NCBI GenBank assembly: GCA_028286645.1
Contig: JAQBRF010000003.1
Location: 12,323-76,322 of the forward strand
Source of the DNA: Candidatus Nomurabacteria bacterium
GTDB lineage: Bacteria > Patescibacteriota > Minisyncoccia > Phycocordibacterales > UBA5272
Length of the DNA stretch: 64,000 bases
Reading direction: 5' to 3'
Shown here: positions 20,014 through 31,010 of the stretch, one piece after another
How the letters are laid out: each line of letters begins with the position of its first letter
Position numbering within the stretch: the stretch's first letter is position 1
The notes under the pieces: model-generated
Told to the model about the DNA's origin: nothing
What the model saw: the letters and a program-made list of their open reading frames with translations, nothing else
Database searches by the model: none
Position numbers and translations under genes: made by a program

Positions 20014-20832
20014 ATGATTAATAACGATTCTCAAAAAAGATTAGAAAAAACTCTCGAAATAGCTTCGTTGGCCGGTGAAATCCTAATGAAGCATTGGAAA
20101 ACTACTTTAGACATAACCTACAAAAAAGATGAATTTGATCCCGTAACCATCGCTGACCAAGAATCCGACGATTATATTCGTAAGGCAATAAAAGAAGCCT
20201 TCCCAGAAGATTCAATTCTTTCGGAAGAAAATACAGAAAATCCCGATTCATTTGATGGAAAAGTGTGGATGATCGACCCGCTTGATGATACAAAAGCATT
20301 CGCAGAAGGACTCGATTGCTTTTCTGTTAGCATTGGATGTGTAGTAGACGGAAGGCCTAATATAGGTGTCGTGTATGCTCCTGCGCGATCTACTTTTTAT
20401 TTTGGAGGTTTAAGTGTTGGTGGTGCATTCATGCGAAAGAATGGAATAGAACAGAAACTCGAAGGAAGCAGTAGATCTACTATTACAGAATCTAGAATTA
20501 TTGTGGGTTTACCATCTAAGGCGATACGACCTCTCAATGAAAAAGTTGCTAATATTCCATTTTCACAATTCATTGAAGACGGTAGTATCTGTATCGCTCT
20601 CGGACGTCTTGCTGCCGGAGATGCAGAGTGCACCATTAACACAAACCCGCGAGTAAGCAAATGGGATTCTGCTGCCGGACAAGCGATTATTGAAGCGGTA
20701 GGTGGGATTGTAACTGATATACATGACAATCCACTTGATTATACTCAGACAGAACGAAACTGGGAGAACCTGGTCGCTGCATCAGCAAACCCCAAGATAC
20801 ATAAAGAGTTCATAGTCCATCTTAATGCATAA
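20014..20832 (+). CDS. Inositol monophosphatase / CysQ family phosphatase
   Basis: VTIADQES, ILSEE, WMIDPLDDT, KWDSAAG. Confidence 0.9.
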   Translation: MINNDSQKRLEKTLEIASLAGEILMKHWKTTLDITYKKDEFDPVTIADQESDDYIRKAIKEAFPEDSILSEENTENPDSFDGKVWMIDPLDDTKAFAEGLDCFSVSIGCVVDGRPNIGVVYAPARSTFYFGGLSVGGAFMRKNGIEQKLEGSSRSTITESRIIVGLPSKAIRPLNEKVANIPFSQFIEDGSICIALGRLAAGDAECTINTNPRVSKWDSAAGQAIIEAVGGIVTDIHDNPLDYTQTERNWENLVAASANPKIHKEFIVHLNA

Positions 20833-20835
20833 TAG

Positions 20836-21240
20836 TTATTTCTTTTTGAAAATTGCGTACACAGGTTTGCCTGGCAACTCATTCTGAAATCCCGCTTTTA
20901 CATTCTTTATGCTTGGATAGTTAATCCAGGGGTTCATCCACACCTCATTATGCCGCACTAGCCAATGGCCTATTGGAAACTCCTTGTTCTTTGCTATATA
21001 TACAAATGTCCCATCCTCATGTATTTCCTCTTTGTTCTTTGCCACAACCTTACAATGCATATAGCTCTTCGGATCTGTTAAGATTTGCATAATATGATAT
21101 GCATAAAAACCTCTAAAAGAGGCATTTTCTTCTCCTTTTTTAAATCTCTTTAACATATCTCCATAACCCACCCCTTCAATAAAAGCGGCGCAGGCTATCC
21201 CACATCCCGCCATATGTTCTTGAGCTACCGGTTTTTTCAT
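20836..21240 (-). CDS. Peptidase C39-like (papain-fold) small protein
   Basis: QEHMAGCGIACAA, GHWLV, MNPW. Confidence 0.6.
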   Translation of the reverse strand: MKKPVAQEHMAGCGIACAAFIEGVGYGDMLKRFKKGEENASFRGFYAYHIMQILTDPKSYMHCKVVAKNKEEIHEDGTFVYIAKNKEFPIGHWLVRHNEVWMNPWINYPSIKNVKAGFQNELPGKPVYAIFKKK

Positions 21241-21278
21241 TTCCCCATTCTAGAATTTATAATTTTATATGCAAGGGA

Positions 21279-21296
21279 TATACCATATATGGTATA
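21279..21296. promoter_or_regulatory. Perfect 18-bp palindrome over the murA -10 box (candidate operator)
   Basis: tataccatatatggtata overlapping TATAAT. Confidence 0.55.
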
Positions 21297-21306
21297 ATCT
21301 TCTTTA

Positions 21307-22854
21307 ATGAAATCCGTTATAACCAAGGAACAAAAGGAAGAACTGGTGACCGATCAGCATAAAATTGGCATGTTTATCAAGAAATTGCGAGAGGAGAAAA
21401 ACATTACTCAAGGAGAATTCGCCGCATCCTTAAAGACTTCGCAATCCGCTGTGGCTCGCATCGAATCAGGAAATCAAAACATCACTATAGAGCAGCTTAT
21501 GAAGATGGGCGACGCACTCAACCATAACATTCTAGGCATTCAGACGACCATAGATTTCAAGGTAGAAGGAGGAAGAAAGCTATCCGGTTCCATACAAACA
21601 AACACCTCCAAAAATGGAGCGGTGAACATGATGGTGGCGTCATTAGTTAACCAAGGCACGACCATACTGCGGGATATCCCTCATATTGAGGAGGTTTCCA
21701 GATATAAAGAACTGCTTGAAAGCTTGGGGGTAAAAATCCGCTGGGTATATGATGATACCGCCCTTTCCATAACTCCTCCTAAGAAATTAACATTTTCGAA
21801 AATGGACAAGGATGCTGCGGTTCGCATCAGGTCATTTACATTTGCCGGCGCATTCATTCATTATGCGGAAAGCTTCACCCTCCCCCATTCAGGCGGATGT
21901 AAAATGGGTGAACGAACGGTTGCTCCTCATAAATATGCTCTAGATTACTTAGGAGTAACTATTGAAACAAAAGCCAGCCATTATGTCATAACCCATAAGA
22001 AATTAAAGCCTGGAATTATTCCGCTTTACGAATCATCAGACACTGGCGCGATCACCGCAATCATTGCGGCTTCTAAAATAGACGGAATCACAACCATTAA
22101 ATTCGCGCCGCCTAATTATCAGGTACAGGATGTTTGTTTCTTGCTTCAAAAATTTGGCGTGCAGATAGAAGGAATCGGCAGTACCACGCTCGTCGTTCAC
22201 GGCAAAAGCGATATCAATGTAGATATAGAGCACTATAACAGCGAAGATCCTATTGAAAGCATGTTCTTTTTATCCGCCGGAATAGTCACCAAATCCAAAA
22301 TTACTGTAACAAGGTGTCCGATAGAATTCTTGACCCTCGAACTTGAAAAGTTGAAGAGAATGGGACTAAAGTTTTCTTTATCAAAAGAATATATTTCAAA
22401 AAATGGAAAAACCAAGCTGGTAGATATTACCATATTACCTTCTCATCTAACCGCACCAAGTGATAAAATCCACACCCAGCCATTTCCAGGCCTAAATAAC
22501 GATAACCTCCCCTTTTTCGTACCGATTTCATGCTTTGCGGAAGGCCAAACACTTATCCATGATTGGACCTGGGAAAACCGCGCTATTTATTTTACCGAGC
22601 TTAATCGTCTCGGCGCTGATATCAAGTTGCTTGATCCGCACAGAGCATTAGTTACTGGGGTAAAAAAGCTTCGCGGAGCTCAAATCGTCTCTCCTCCCGC
22701 GCTTCGTCCTACTGCCATCATATTGATAGCCATGCTTGCAGCTGAAGGAGAATCTTTTTTGAGAAATGTATATTCCATTAAGCGAGGGTATGCAGATGTA
22801 GCCGAGAGACTTAATTCAATAGGAGCAAAGATTACCGTGCTTCGAGGGATATAA
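21307..22854 (+). CDS. murA: UDP-N-acetylglucosamine 1-carboxyvinyltransferase with N-terminal XRE HTH
   Basis: TQGEFAASLKTSQSAVARIESG HTH; SKNGA, GGCKMGER, DPIE, IKRGY. Confidence 0.92.
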   Translation: MKSVITKEQKEELVTDQHKIGMFIKKLREEKNITQGEFAASLKTSQSAVARIESGNQNITIEQLMKMGDALNHNILGIQTTIDFKVEGGRKLSGSIQTNTSKNGAVNMMVASLVNQGTTILRDIPHIEEVSRYKELLESLGVKIRWVYDDTALSITPPKKLTFSKMDKDAAVRIRSFTFAGAFIHYAESFTLPHSGGCKMGERTVAPHKYALDYLGVTIETKASHYVITHKKLKPGIIPLYESSDTGAITAIIAASKIDGITTIKFAPPNYQVQDVCFLLQKFGVQIEGIGSTTLVVHGKSDINVDIEHYNSEDPIESMFFLSAGIVTKSKITVTRCPIEFLTLELEKLKRMGLKFSLSKEYISKNGKTKLVDITILPSHLTAPSDKIHTQPFPGLNNDNLPFFVPISCFAEGQTLIHDWTWENRAIYFTELNRLGADIKLLDPHRALVTGVKKLRGAQIVSPPALRPTAIILIAMLAAEGESFLRNVYSIKRGYADVAERLNSIGAKITVLRGI

Positions 22855-22855
22855 T

Positions 22856-23581
22856 ATGGATTATTCTCGAAAGTACGCAGAGGTAATGAAAAAGATGTGG
22901 TCTAATCCATACAACGATCAGCGACCTTGCGTACTTAGTTGGCTAAATAAATATTGTAAGGAATTTCAAACGGTGTTGGATATTGGTCCAGGAGACGCTT
23001 ACTACCTACAGCAAATTAAACCAAAAAGGTATTGGATTTTTGAACCAAATGATATTCTGGCAGAAATTACCAAGAAAAAAGTAGAGAGTCTAGGAATAGA
23101 ATTCAAAAGATTTAAGACAATAAAAGAAGCGCTAGATCCAGAAAATTTATCTCAAGTAGATGCAGTGCTTATGCTTCATGTATTGCTTTATATGGAAATA
23201 TATCAAATTGAAGTAGTATTAAATACAGCGAAAGACAAAAAAATAATTATGGTAAATCCTTCCCCTGGTGGAGCAGTGACAATTAAATTTGAAGAAAGTA
23301 TGGGAAATTTCAGATCTCAAGAAAGGATACGCTTAAAAGAGGCCATTCTTGGGAATGCACGTTATCACGAAATAGCTAAAACCCATTTCAGACTTACCCC
23401 AGAAATACCGCTGGGTGATTTATCATTTTTAATAGCTCAACTGTCGATAAATGCAAGCATAACCGATACTCATGTGGTCATAATTAAGGCTAATAATTTC
23501 ATAAAGGAGCATATAAAAGAGTGGAAGAAGAAAAATTATATTGAATTACCACAGGAACAAGTGCTTGAATTATTCAATTAG
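22856..23581 (+). CDS. Class I SAM-dependent methyltransferase-like protein
   Basis: VLDIGPGD, FEPN, DAVLMLHVLLY. Confidence 0.7.
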   Translation: MDYSRKYAEVMKKMWSNPYNDQRPCVLSWLNKYCKEFQTVLDIGPGDAYYLQQIKPKRYWIFEPNDILAEITKKKVESLGIEFKRFKTIKEALDPENLSQVDAVLMLHVLLYMEIYQIEVVLNTAKDKKIIMVNPSPGGAVTIKFEESMGNFRSQERIRLKEAILGNARYHEIAKTHFRLTPEIPLGDLSFLIAQLSINASITDTHVVIIKANNFIKEHIKEWKKKNYIELPQEQVLELFN

Positions 23582-23611
23582 TAAAGAGGCATTTTTCACA
23601 TTAATCCTACA

Positions 23612-24955
23612 CTATTCTGCCGGAGATATTTTAGCTATATAAACATCTACTCTTCCCTTCTGGTTCCCCCAGTCGCTTGCCCACGCGATCAAGTTTCCAT
23701 CTCGATTAATATTTCCAAAGGCGCTCCGAGAATAATCAGTCGCCGTACTGTAGTGGTGTACAAGCCTGCGTACTTTTCCGGAACCGTCCGTCGCCACTTG
23801 ATAAATTTCACATTGAAATGGCAAGGTTACATTACAAGTATGTCCGCCTCTATCTGCCCCCTCTTCACTTGTAATCAATGCCCACCTTTCATCATCCGCG
23901 AGCATGGAAAAATGCACCTGCCCTTGGCTGTAATCGCTAAATGAAAGAAGATTTTTAGTCAAGTGGGGGGTAGCTAAATTACGGATGCAAAGATTATTCG
24001 GGTCACAGCTTGATACTAAAATTCCTTTTCCTGTATCTTCATGAAAATATCCGTCAACTCCCGAGGCAAGCTTAGTCATTTCCATATTATCTAAATTCCA
24101 CACGTGCGTATTCCCGCTATCGTTTGAGACGGTCAAAAATTTTCCAGACTTATCAATTTGCACTTCGTCTACTTGCTCGTCCACTGGATCAAGATTCTTA
24201 AGAATAACTTTGTCACTGCTTTTTTCCCACACCATATATCCAATGAATTTTCCATTACTATTTGTCACAGTAAAGGCGAAACGATTATCATCCAAACTTT
24301 TCGACATCTGATTTAAGCTCCCACCCGAGAGCATGTAAGAAAAGTCTTTTACAAGCACCATTCCACCTGTAAGAACATTATATGAAGAAAGCCCTGCTCC
24401 CGGGGGACCAGATCTGCAGTACATTACATCTTTATCTGTCGCGCTCCATATCATATCTGATGCACAATTAATATGTGGACTGATTCTATGAGAAAGAACA
24501 AGTGTATCTTTATTGATTTCGAAAAACTCCGGATAAGTGTGTCCTTGGAAATCACATTCGACTGCGATTCTGCTTGAATCCATATTAAAGACCGGCCAAT
24601 ATGAATACCCGATAGTACAACTATTACTTCCGTCTGTCGCGTCAGTTAATCGCATAATGAGAGTGTCAAATATTGGATCGGTTGTAGTAGAACCGCTTGC
24701 GGCCGGCTTCTTTATAGGCACAATTGGGTAGGTTTTATAATTAGGACCACTTTCAATTATTGTGGGTGTAATTTTAGAGGTGGAATTATTAGGTGTTAAA
24801 GCCGTAGTAGTTGTAGCGTTTAGCACTTCCGCAATACTTTGCTTTACGATAGAAGCATGTTTTTTCCCGTATTCTATTAATGCATATATAAAAATCACGC
24901 CTATAATAATAGCAAACACCAGTTTAATGAGATCCTGATTTTTTCTTAAGAGCAT
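23612..24955 (-). CDS. Membrane-anchored beta-propeller-like extracellular protein
   Basis: N-terminal TM, Thr-rich linker, repeated xDGxxI/F blades, C-terminal WASDWG...DVY. Confidence 0.6.
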   Translation of the reverse strand: MLLRKNQDLIKLVFAIIIGVIFIYALIEYGKKHASIVKQSIAEVLNATTTTALTPNNSTSKITPTIIESGPNYKTYPIVPIKKPAASGSTTTDPIFDTLIMRLTDATDGSNSCTIGYSYWPVFNMDSSRIAVECDFQGHTYPEFFEINKDTLVLSHRISPHINCASDMIWSATDKDVMYCRSGPPGAGLSSYNVLTGGMVLVKDFSYMLSGGSLNQMSKSLDDNRFAFTVTNSNGKFIGYMVWEKSSDKVILKNLDPVDEQVDEVQIDKSGKFLTVSNDSGNTHVWNLDNMEMTKLASGVDGYFHEDTGKGILVSSCDPNNLCIRNLATPHLTKNLLSFSDYSQGQVHFSMLADDERWALITSEEGADRGGHTCNVTLPFQCEIYQVATDGSGKVRRLVHHYSTATDYSRSAFGNINRDGNLIAWASDWGNQKGRVDVYIAKISPAE

Positions 24956-24986
24956 GAGAGCAGTTTACTATAGACTTTGACTTAAC

Positions 24987-25598
24987 TTACTTTAAATAGC
25001 TGTACACTTTTTCAGCTATTTTTTTATACCCTGCATCATTTGGATGAACCGGATCAGACATAAGCTCATTAGACCCGAATATCCCCTCTAATACATTAGG
25101 CACTAATATTACTTTTTTATCCTCTGCCAACTTTTTAAATTCTGCTTCGTAAGGATCTGCGATGTTAAAGAGTCCTCCTTGGATTCCAAGTAAAACAATT
25201 TTAATATTATTCGCTTGAAGCCTATCAATTATTTTCCCCAGATTTGAAAATGTTTGCTCCTTTGGAATATTTCCCAGGGCATCATTCCCTCCGAGAAGAA
25301 CCAATACGAGGTCTGGCTTTTGTTTTATCAGTTGATCAATTCTTCCCAAGCCTTCCGCGGTGGTGTCTCCAGGCACTCCCATATTTACAATGTCGTGATT
25401 TAGCATTTTACCAAGAACAGAAACAAAATCATTTCCGCTGGTCGACCCCGTTCCATATACGAGGCTATCGCCAAAGGCCACGACTGTTGAAGTGGAAGTA
25501 ACCAGCGAAGCAGGGCTACTCACTTTCTTTTCCCGGACAAGAAGAATAGCGCCAATAATCGCAATAATTACTAAAATAAGGAAAATGTAATTTCTCAT
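24987..25598 (-). CDS. SGNH/GDSL arylesterase (TesA-like)
   Basis: FGDSL, GVPGDTT, LGGNDAL, DPVHPN. Confidence 0.92.
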   Translation of the reverse strand: MRNYIFLILVIIAIIGAILLVREKKVSSPASLVTSTSTVVAFGDSLVYGTGSTSGNDFVSVLGKMLNHDIVNMGVPGDTTAEGLGRIDQLIKQKPDLVLVLLGGNDALGNIPKEQTFSNLGKIIDRLQANNIKIVLLGIQGGLFNIADPYEAEFKKLAEDKKVILVPNVLEGIFGSNELMSDPVHPNDAGYKKIAEKVYSYLK

Positions 25599-25706
25599 AA
25601 TTATATTCTAGCAAATTAGCAATCTTTAAGTGAAGGCGTCCTTGGTTTATTATCGTGCGGCTTATAAAATAATTACCTTCTTTTGATACTTCGTATTAAT
25701 TAAATC

Positions 25707-26606
25707 TTAATGCACCATGAATCCTCCCGCGACCAAAAGCACTATCATAAAAGCTTTCCAAGCAAAACTCTTCCTATCTAAGCGTTCATTGAGCGAGTAA
25801 TGAAGGACTCCCTGAATTAAGAATGTTACAAAAAATAGTATTAATGGACTTAGCGCTTCCATGGCACTCACTTGAGAAACGGAAGCAAGAGTGAGGGCTT
25901 GGGCGGTAAAAAGAGTGCTGCTTGCATCACAAGTTTTACTAAATACACTCCGAGTTACAAATATCCTCACGGGCCCATCAAAAAGCATGCGTCCTTTTCT
26001 TTGGATTAGGATCAAAAACAAAAGAGAAATTCCTGCCCAAGCCCAAGTATTTGAAAAGAAAGTAGGTGCGTCTATTCCGTAACTTGCATGCATAAACTTA
26101 AAAAGATACGCCTCTATCCCTCCATATGCAGACCAGAATATAAATATGCCAAAAATAGAAAGTGAAAGCTCTTTCTTTAATTTTTTAGTAACTCCATCAA
26201 TTGAGAATCCAATACCTCCTATTACCAGAAGAAGAACACCCATACCTTGTAGAAGGGAAAGTGGCACATGCAGCAAAACAGTATCTATTAAAAGGAATAC
26301 GGCGGGACCAATATACGTTATTGTGCCTATATTAGTAACTTCTATCTTCTTTAAAGCAACGGTATACGAAAGTCCGTAGAGCGCCGATAATAACCCGAAT
26401 AATATTATTCGCCAATCAACCAATACAGATAAATTTCCTCCATACCAAAATAGGCCGAAGATAACTAATATAGCTGTAAATACTACAACACGATAAAAAG
26501 TTGTTATGGCATAATCAAGACTTTTCCCATTAATGAGAGAGTACTTATCTAGAGAGTTTTCAAACGCGTTGGCAAATAAACCTAAAAGGGAGAATACCTG
26601 CCACAT
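25707..26606 (-). CDS. EamA/DMT family transporter
   Basis: About 10 TM helices in two repeats. Confidence 0.7.
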   Translation of the reverse strand: MWQVFSLLGLFANAFENSLDKYSLINGKSLDYAITTFYRVVVFTAILVIFGLFWYGGNLSVLVDWRIILFGLLSALYGLSYTVALKKIEVTNIGTITYIGPAVFLLIDTVLLHVPLSLLQGMGVLLLVIGGIGFSIDGVTKKLKKELSLSIFGIFIFWSAYGGIEAYLFKFMHASYGIDAPTFFSNTWAWAGISLLFLILIQRKGRMLFDGPVRIFVTRSVFSKTCDASSTLFTAQALTLASVSQVSAMEALSPLILFFVTFLIQGVLHYSLNERLDRKSFAWKAFMIVLLVAGGFMVH

Positions 26607-26784
26607 AGTTATGTAAGTATAGCAAATTCTTCTATGGCATTCTTAAAACACAGATTGAACCACTTAATAAGGCCTATTACCCTCTTAAATATGGCGTTTT
26701 AGTTTAAATTATTGAGGCCTGGCTAATTATGGCTATAAATTATCGAAAATGCCTAAGTTGAGCTAAAAAGCTAGAAAAGATACA

Positions 26785-26833
26785 TTGACAAAGACTCAAA
26801 TTTTGTTAAGATACTTATATATTCAGTATCTTA
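26785..26833 (+). promoter_or_regulatory. Sigma70 promoter with inverted repeat (candidate MarR operator)
   Basis: TTGACA-16-TAAGAT; taagatact-N9-agtatctta overlaps the -10. Confidence 0.7.
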
Positions 26834-26839
26834 TACAAT

Positions 26840-27283
26840 ATGATCAATCGCAAACAAAAACTAGAAGAATTGATGAAAAGCATTGGGACTTTGCAGCGCA
26901 ATATGGCATTTCGCGGTGCTGATTTTAATAAAATGAATCGGATTACCCCCTCTCAATGGGGAGTCGTCATGCTTATAGAGCAGCAGGACTCGACTTCCGT
27001 TAAGGAAGTTGCAAATGGCCTAGGAATTAGCAGCAGCGCGGCTACTCAACTTATCGATGGATTAGTCGAAAGTGGGTATGTATTGAGAAAAGAGAATATA
27101 AAAGATCGGAGAATTGCGGTACTCACCCTTTCTAATAAAACCAAAAAACATGTCGGCAAGATGAAGGAACAAATGATAAAAAAATTTATAGAGATTTACG
27201 AAGTCTTAACAGATAAAGAATTTAACCAATTTTGTGTTCTGCATAACAAGATAGTACAAAGGCTTTCTACTAAGAATAAGTAA
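26840..27283 (+). CDS. MarR family transcriptional regulator
   Basis: ITPSQW, SSSAATQLIDGLVESGYV, DRR. Confidence 0.92.
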   Translation: MINRKQKLEELMKSIGTLQRNMAFRGADFNKMNRITPSQWGVVMLIEQQDSTSVKEVANGLGISSSAATQLIDGLVESGYVLRKENIKDRRIAVLTLSNKTKKHVGKMKEQMIKKFIEIYEVLTDKEFNQFCVLHNKIVQRLSTKNK

Positions 27284-27285
27284 TC

Positions 27286-28938
27286 ATGAAAAATATATTT
27301 GCATCAATTTTTAAAAAAGTAAAACAATTAAGCAACAAAACCAAAGTCATTCTTGGGGGTGGTTTAGTTTTAATAATAATTATATTAAGCTTATTTTGGC
27401 CGAAAGCAGCAGTTCATCAATTTATAACTGTAAAGGCGGGCCCTATAGATGAGATGGTTTCGGTCACTGGTAATACCGCCCCTTTATCAAGCGTATCTCT
27501 TGGCTTTGGAAATAGCGGGAACATCGCACGAATTGCTTCTTCCGTCGGAAAAAATGTAGTCAAAGGGCAAGTGCTCGCTGAACTTAATACCAGCGATATT
27601 TACTCACAAGTAAGACAGGCGCAAGCAAGTGTAAATAATCAAAAAGCCGCTGTTGCAGCTCAACAGGCCAGCTTATCATCACAAAGAGCAAAACTTCAAG
27701 GAGTTCAGGCTGGATCACGCCCAGAGGATATCGCAACCTCACAAGCATCTTTAGATAAATCCGTCCAAGATCTAGCTAACCTCTATAGCAGCATTAATGA
27801 TATTTCTTTAGATAGCCATGCAAAAGCTCAAGATGCTGTACGCGTCCAGCTTGATCAATTCTTTTCAAACGCTGAAACAAGTAATGCAAAGCTAACATAT
27901 CAATCTGCAAATTCACAAGCTGCCTCAGAAGCAGAAATGCTTAGATTCCCGGTTGCTCAGGCGTTGAACAAATGGCAAACAGAAATTTCAACAAGCGGTG
28001 CATCCCAAACAGAATTAGATAATTTAATTAAAAATGGATTAGCTCATTTAGATCTAGAACGAAGTTTATTAAACAGTCTTTCGAAGACTCTTGATAATGC
28101 GCCGTCACTAAGTACTTCGGCAGTAACTTCATATCGAGCGAGCCTTACAGCAGCCATTAATGAGGTAAATACTGCGGCAAAGAATCTTAATTCTATTTCA
28201 CAAAATATTGCGTCACAAAAGCTTACGATAACGCAATTACAAGCACAGCTAGATTTAAAAAAGTCCGGCTCAACACCGCAAGATATTATGGTGCAGCAGG
28301 CACAAGTAGAAAACGCTGAGGCCGCAGTGCAAGGAGCTCTAGCTTCTGTACAAAGCGCAGAAGCGACTTTACAAGGAGTATTAGCCAAACTTCAAAACTC
28401 GCAAATCATAGCACCTATTAGCGGAGTAATTACACAATTTGATGCGAAGGTGGGACAATTCGCCTCCCCTGGCAATACTCTTATCTCTATAATTTCTCCT
28501 AGTGACTTTGAGGTTAGTGCGCTCGTATCAGAAATTGATGTCGGTAAAATTTCGCTTAATAACAAAGTAACAATGACCATTGACGCATTCCCAGGAGAAA
28601 CATTCACCGGAACTGTCTTTTACATTGACCCCGCTCAGACTACAAGCGGAGGTGTGGTTGGTTACAAGATAAAAGTTACTTTTGATAAGCCTGACGCAAG
28701 AATGAAAAGCGGGCTTACAGTAAATATAGACATAAATACACGTCATAAAGATAATGTGCTTTATCTGCCTCAATCAGCTATTTTGCAAAATGACGAAGGA
28801 ACATTTGTTCAAGTATTAGAAAATAAGACCGTTAAGAATTTACCAGTAACATTAGGTCTTCAGGATCAGAAAGGAAATGTAGAAATTACATCTGGCGTAT
28901 CTCTCGATGAGCAGGTGCTTAATATCGGACTTAAGTAA
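27286..28938 (+). CDS. Efflux periplasmic adaptor (MacA/HlyD-like) with long coiled coil
   Basis: VKGQVLAEL, IIAPISGVI, VSEIDVGKI, MKSGLT. Confidence 0.88.
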   Translation: MKNIFASIFKKVKQLSNKTKVILGGGLVLIIIILSLFWPKAAVHQFITVKAGPIDEMVSVTGNTAPLSSVSLGFGNSGNIARIASSVGKNVVKGQVLAELNTSDIYSQVRQAQASVNNQKAAVAAQQASLSSQRAKLQGVQAGSRPEDIATSQASLDKSVQDLANLYSSINDISLDSHAKAQDAVRVQLDQFFSNAETSNAKLTYQSANSQAASEAEMLRFPVAQALNKWQTEISTSGASQTELDNLIKNGLAHLDLERSLLNSLSKTLDNAPSLSTSAVTSYRASLTAAINEVNTAAKNLNSISQNIASQKLTITQLQAQLDLKKSGSTPQDIMVQQAQVENAEAAVQGALASVQSAEATLQGVLAKLQNSQIIAPISGVITQFDAKVGQFASPGNTLISIISPSDFEVSALVSEIDVGKISLNNKVTMTIDAFPGETFTGTVFYIDPAQTTSGGVVGYKIKVTFDKPDARMKSGLTVNIDINTRHKDNVLYLPQSAILQNDEGTFVQVLENKTVKNLPVTLGLQDQKGNVEITSGVSLDEQVLNIGLK

Positions 28939-28939
28939 A

Positions 28940-29647
28940 ATGATTATTCTTCAAGATCTAAAAAAAGAATATAAACAAGAGGAAACTCCGACCGTTGCAT
29001 TGCGCAGCGTAACTTTTACAATCAATAAAGGAGAATTTGTATCAATTATGGGACCGAGCGGTTCAGGAAAATCAACTCTGCTACATATTTTAAGCTTCTT
29101 AGATCGTCCAACTGGAGGGTCGTACAAGTTTTTAGGAAAAAGCATTGATGATATGAATGATGCGGAGCTCGCGCATGTGCGCAATAAAGATATGGGGTTT
29201 GTATTCCAAGCCTTCAATTTGCTTTCGCGATTAACAGTATACGATAACGTCGAAATCCCCCTTCTCTATTCAGATATTCCTCCGGAAAAGCGATCAGCGC
29301 TAATAACAGAAGCCGTTGAGTCTGTTGGACTCAAAGAGAAACTGCACACTGAAACAGGACGTTTATCTGGAGGCCAAAAGCAGCGTGTCGCTATCGCGCG
29401 AGCGCTCGTGGCAGATCCAAATATAATCTTTGCGGATGAACCGACCGGTAACCTTGATTCAAAATCAGGGCTCCAAGTCATGGAAATTCTCGCAGGTCTA
29501 CATAAAAAAGGCAGAACCATTGTATTGGTAACTCATGAGACCCAAACTGCGGAGTTTGCTGATAGGATTATTTTTATTAGAGATGGTTTGGTAGAAAGCG
29601 ACAAGCCGGTTATTAAGCGCCAAGGCGATGTGAAAACACTAAAATAA
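28940..29647 (+). CDS. ABC transporter ATP-binding protein (MacB/LolD-like)
   Basis: [26 protein letters not shown]. Confidence 0.93.
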   Translation: MIILQDLKKEYKQEETPTVALRSVTFTINKGEFVSIMGPSGSGKSTLLHILSFLDRPTGGSYKFLGKSIDDMNDAELAHVRNKDMGFVFQAFNLLSRLTVYDNVEIPLLYSDIPPEKRSALITEAVESVGLKEKLHTETGRLSGGQKQRVAIARALVADPNIIFADEPTGNLDSKSGLQVMEILAGLHKKGRTIVLVTHETQTAEFADRIIFIRDGLVESDKPVIKRQGDVKTLK

Positions 29648-29648
29648 T

Positions 29649-30893
29649 ATGTTATTTAAAGATGCTTTTAAAACTGCGACCCGCGCGCTTACCCATAGCA
29701 AAACACGCACAGCTCTAACAATGCTTGGGATTATAATTGGTATTGCTTCGGTTATTATTCTTATGGCTATAGGGCAATCAGTGCAGAAAATGATTCTCGG
29801 TCAAGTAGAAAGCATTGGTTCAAATCTTATTATTATTTCTCCAGGAGCCCCAAGCGGAGGAGGCTTTTCTCCTCCAGCATCCGCGCGAGGAATTGTCATT
29901 ACTTCATTACAGCAAAAAGATATTGATGCACTTCAACGTGAACCCTCGATAAAAGGCGTTGCAGCACAAGTAGCTGGTCAGGCAGAAGCGGTATATGGGG
30001 GTAAAAATAAAACAGTAAGCTATCAAGGAGTTACCAAGGAATTTTTCTCCGTGAGAAATATGAAGCTAAGCAAAGGCCGTATTTTATCTATTTCTGATAT
30101 TGATTCAGCAAGTCGCGTAGCAGTTATCGGACCGGAGCTCGCCACTGCGTTATTTGGCACAAATATAGATCCTATAAATAAAAATATACGTCTTAAAAAT
30201 ATCACTTTACGCGTGATCGGAGTTTTAGATTCAAGCGGAGGAGGAATTGGAGGAGACCAAGGAAATGTCGTAATAATCCCGATTTCTATCGCTCAGAAGG
30301 AATTGCTTGGTGTATCATACTTTAATGTCATCATGGCACAGGCAGATCCATCCTATGAAGTTTCTTTTGTTAAGGCAAGGATTACTTCCGTAATACGCCA
30401 GACTCACGGCATAACTGATCCGACTAAAGATGACTTTAGTATTCAAACGCAACAAGATGTTCTTTCTTTATTAGGAAGCATCACTTCTATTCTTACCCTC
30501 TTCCTCGCGGCCATAGCATCTATTTCTCTCATTGTAGGAGGAATCGGAATAATGAATATTATGCTTGTTGCCGTAACCGAACGCACTCGTGAGATCGGAT
30601 TACGAAAAGCCGTAGGCGCAACTGATAAGGATATTCTTCAACAATTTCTTATTGAGTCAATTTTAATTACCATGATAGGAGGCTTGATAGGCATAGCTCT
30701 CGGCGGAGCAATCGTAGGACTAATTTATATAGTAGCAACAACTTTCTTTTCAGTAGGCTGGGTATTTGCATTCCCAATATCAGCAGTTCTTCTTGGCGTG
30801 GGAGTATCCACATTCTCCGGACTAGTGTTTGGTATTTATCCTGCGCGCCAAGCAGGAAGAAAAAATCCGATTGATGCGTTGAGGTATGAGTAA
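29649..30893 (+). CDS. ABC transporter permease (MacB/FtsX-like)
   Basis: LTMLGIIIG, GGIGIMNIM, ERTREIGLRKAVGA, PIDALRYE. Confidence 0.93.
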   Translation: MLFKDAFKTATRALTHSKTRTALTMLGIIIGIASVIILMAIGQSVQKMILGQVESIGSNLIIISPGAPSGGGFSPPASARGIVITSLQQKDIDALQREPSIKGVAAQVAGQAEAVYGGKNKTVSYQGVTKEFFSVRNMKLSKGRILSISDIDSASRVAVIGPELATALFGTNIDPINKNIRLKNITLRVIGVLDSSGGGIGGDQGNVVIIPISIAQKELLGVSYFNVIMAQADPSYEVSFVKARITSVIRQTHGITDPTKDDFSIQTQQDVLSLLGSITSILTLFLAAIASISLIVGGIGIMNIMLVAVTERTREIGLRKAVGATDKDILQQFLIESILITMIGGLIGIALGGAIVGLIYIVATTFFSVGWVFAFPISAVLLGVGVSTFSGLVFGIYPARQAGRKNPIDALRYE

Positions 30894-31010
30894 TAATGGT
30901 CGGCAACTATAAATAATAGTCCTTAGTATTTCCGATATCGCGGTATTTAATTTTGCAATCTTATAAAAGCAAAACCACTTTTAACAAGTGAGCTTAAAAA
31001 GGATTTAATC

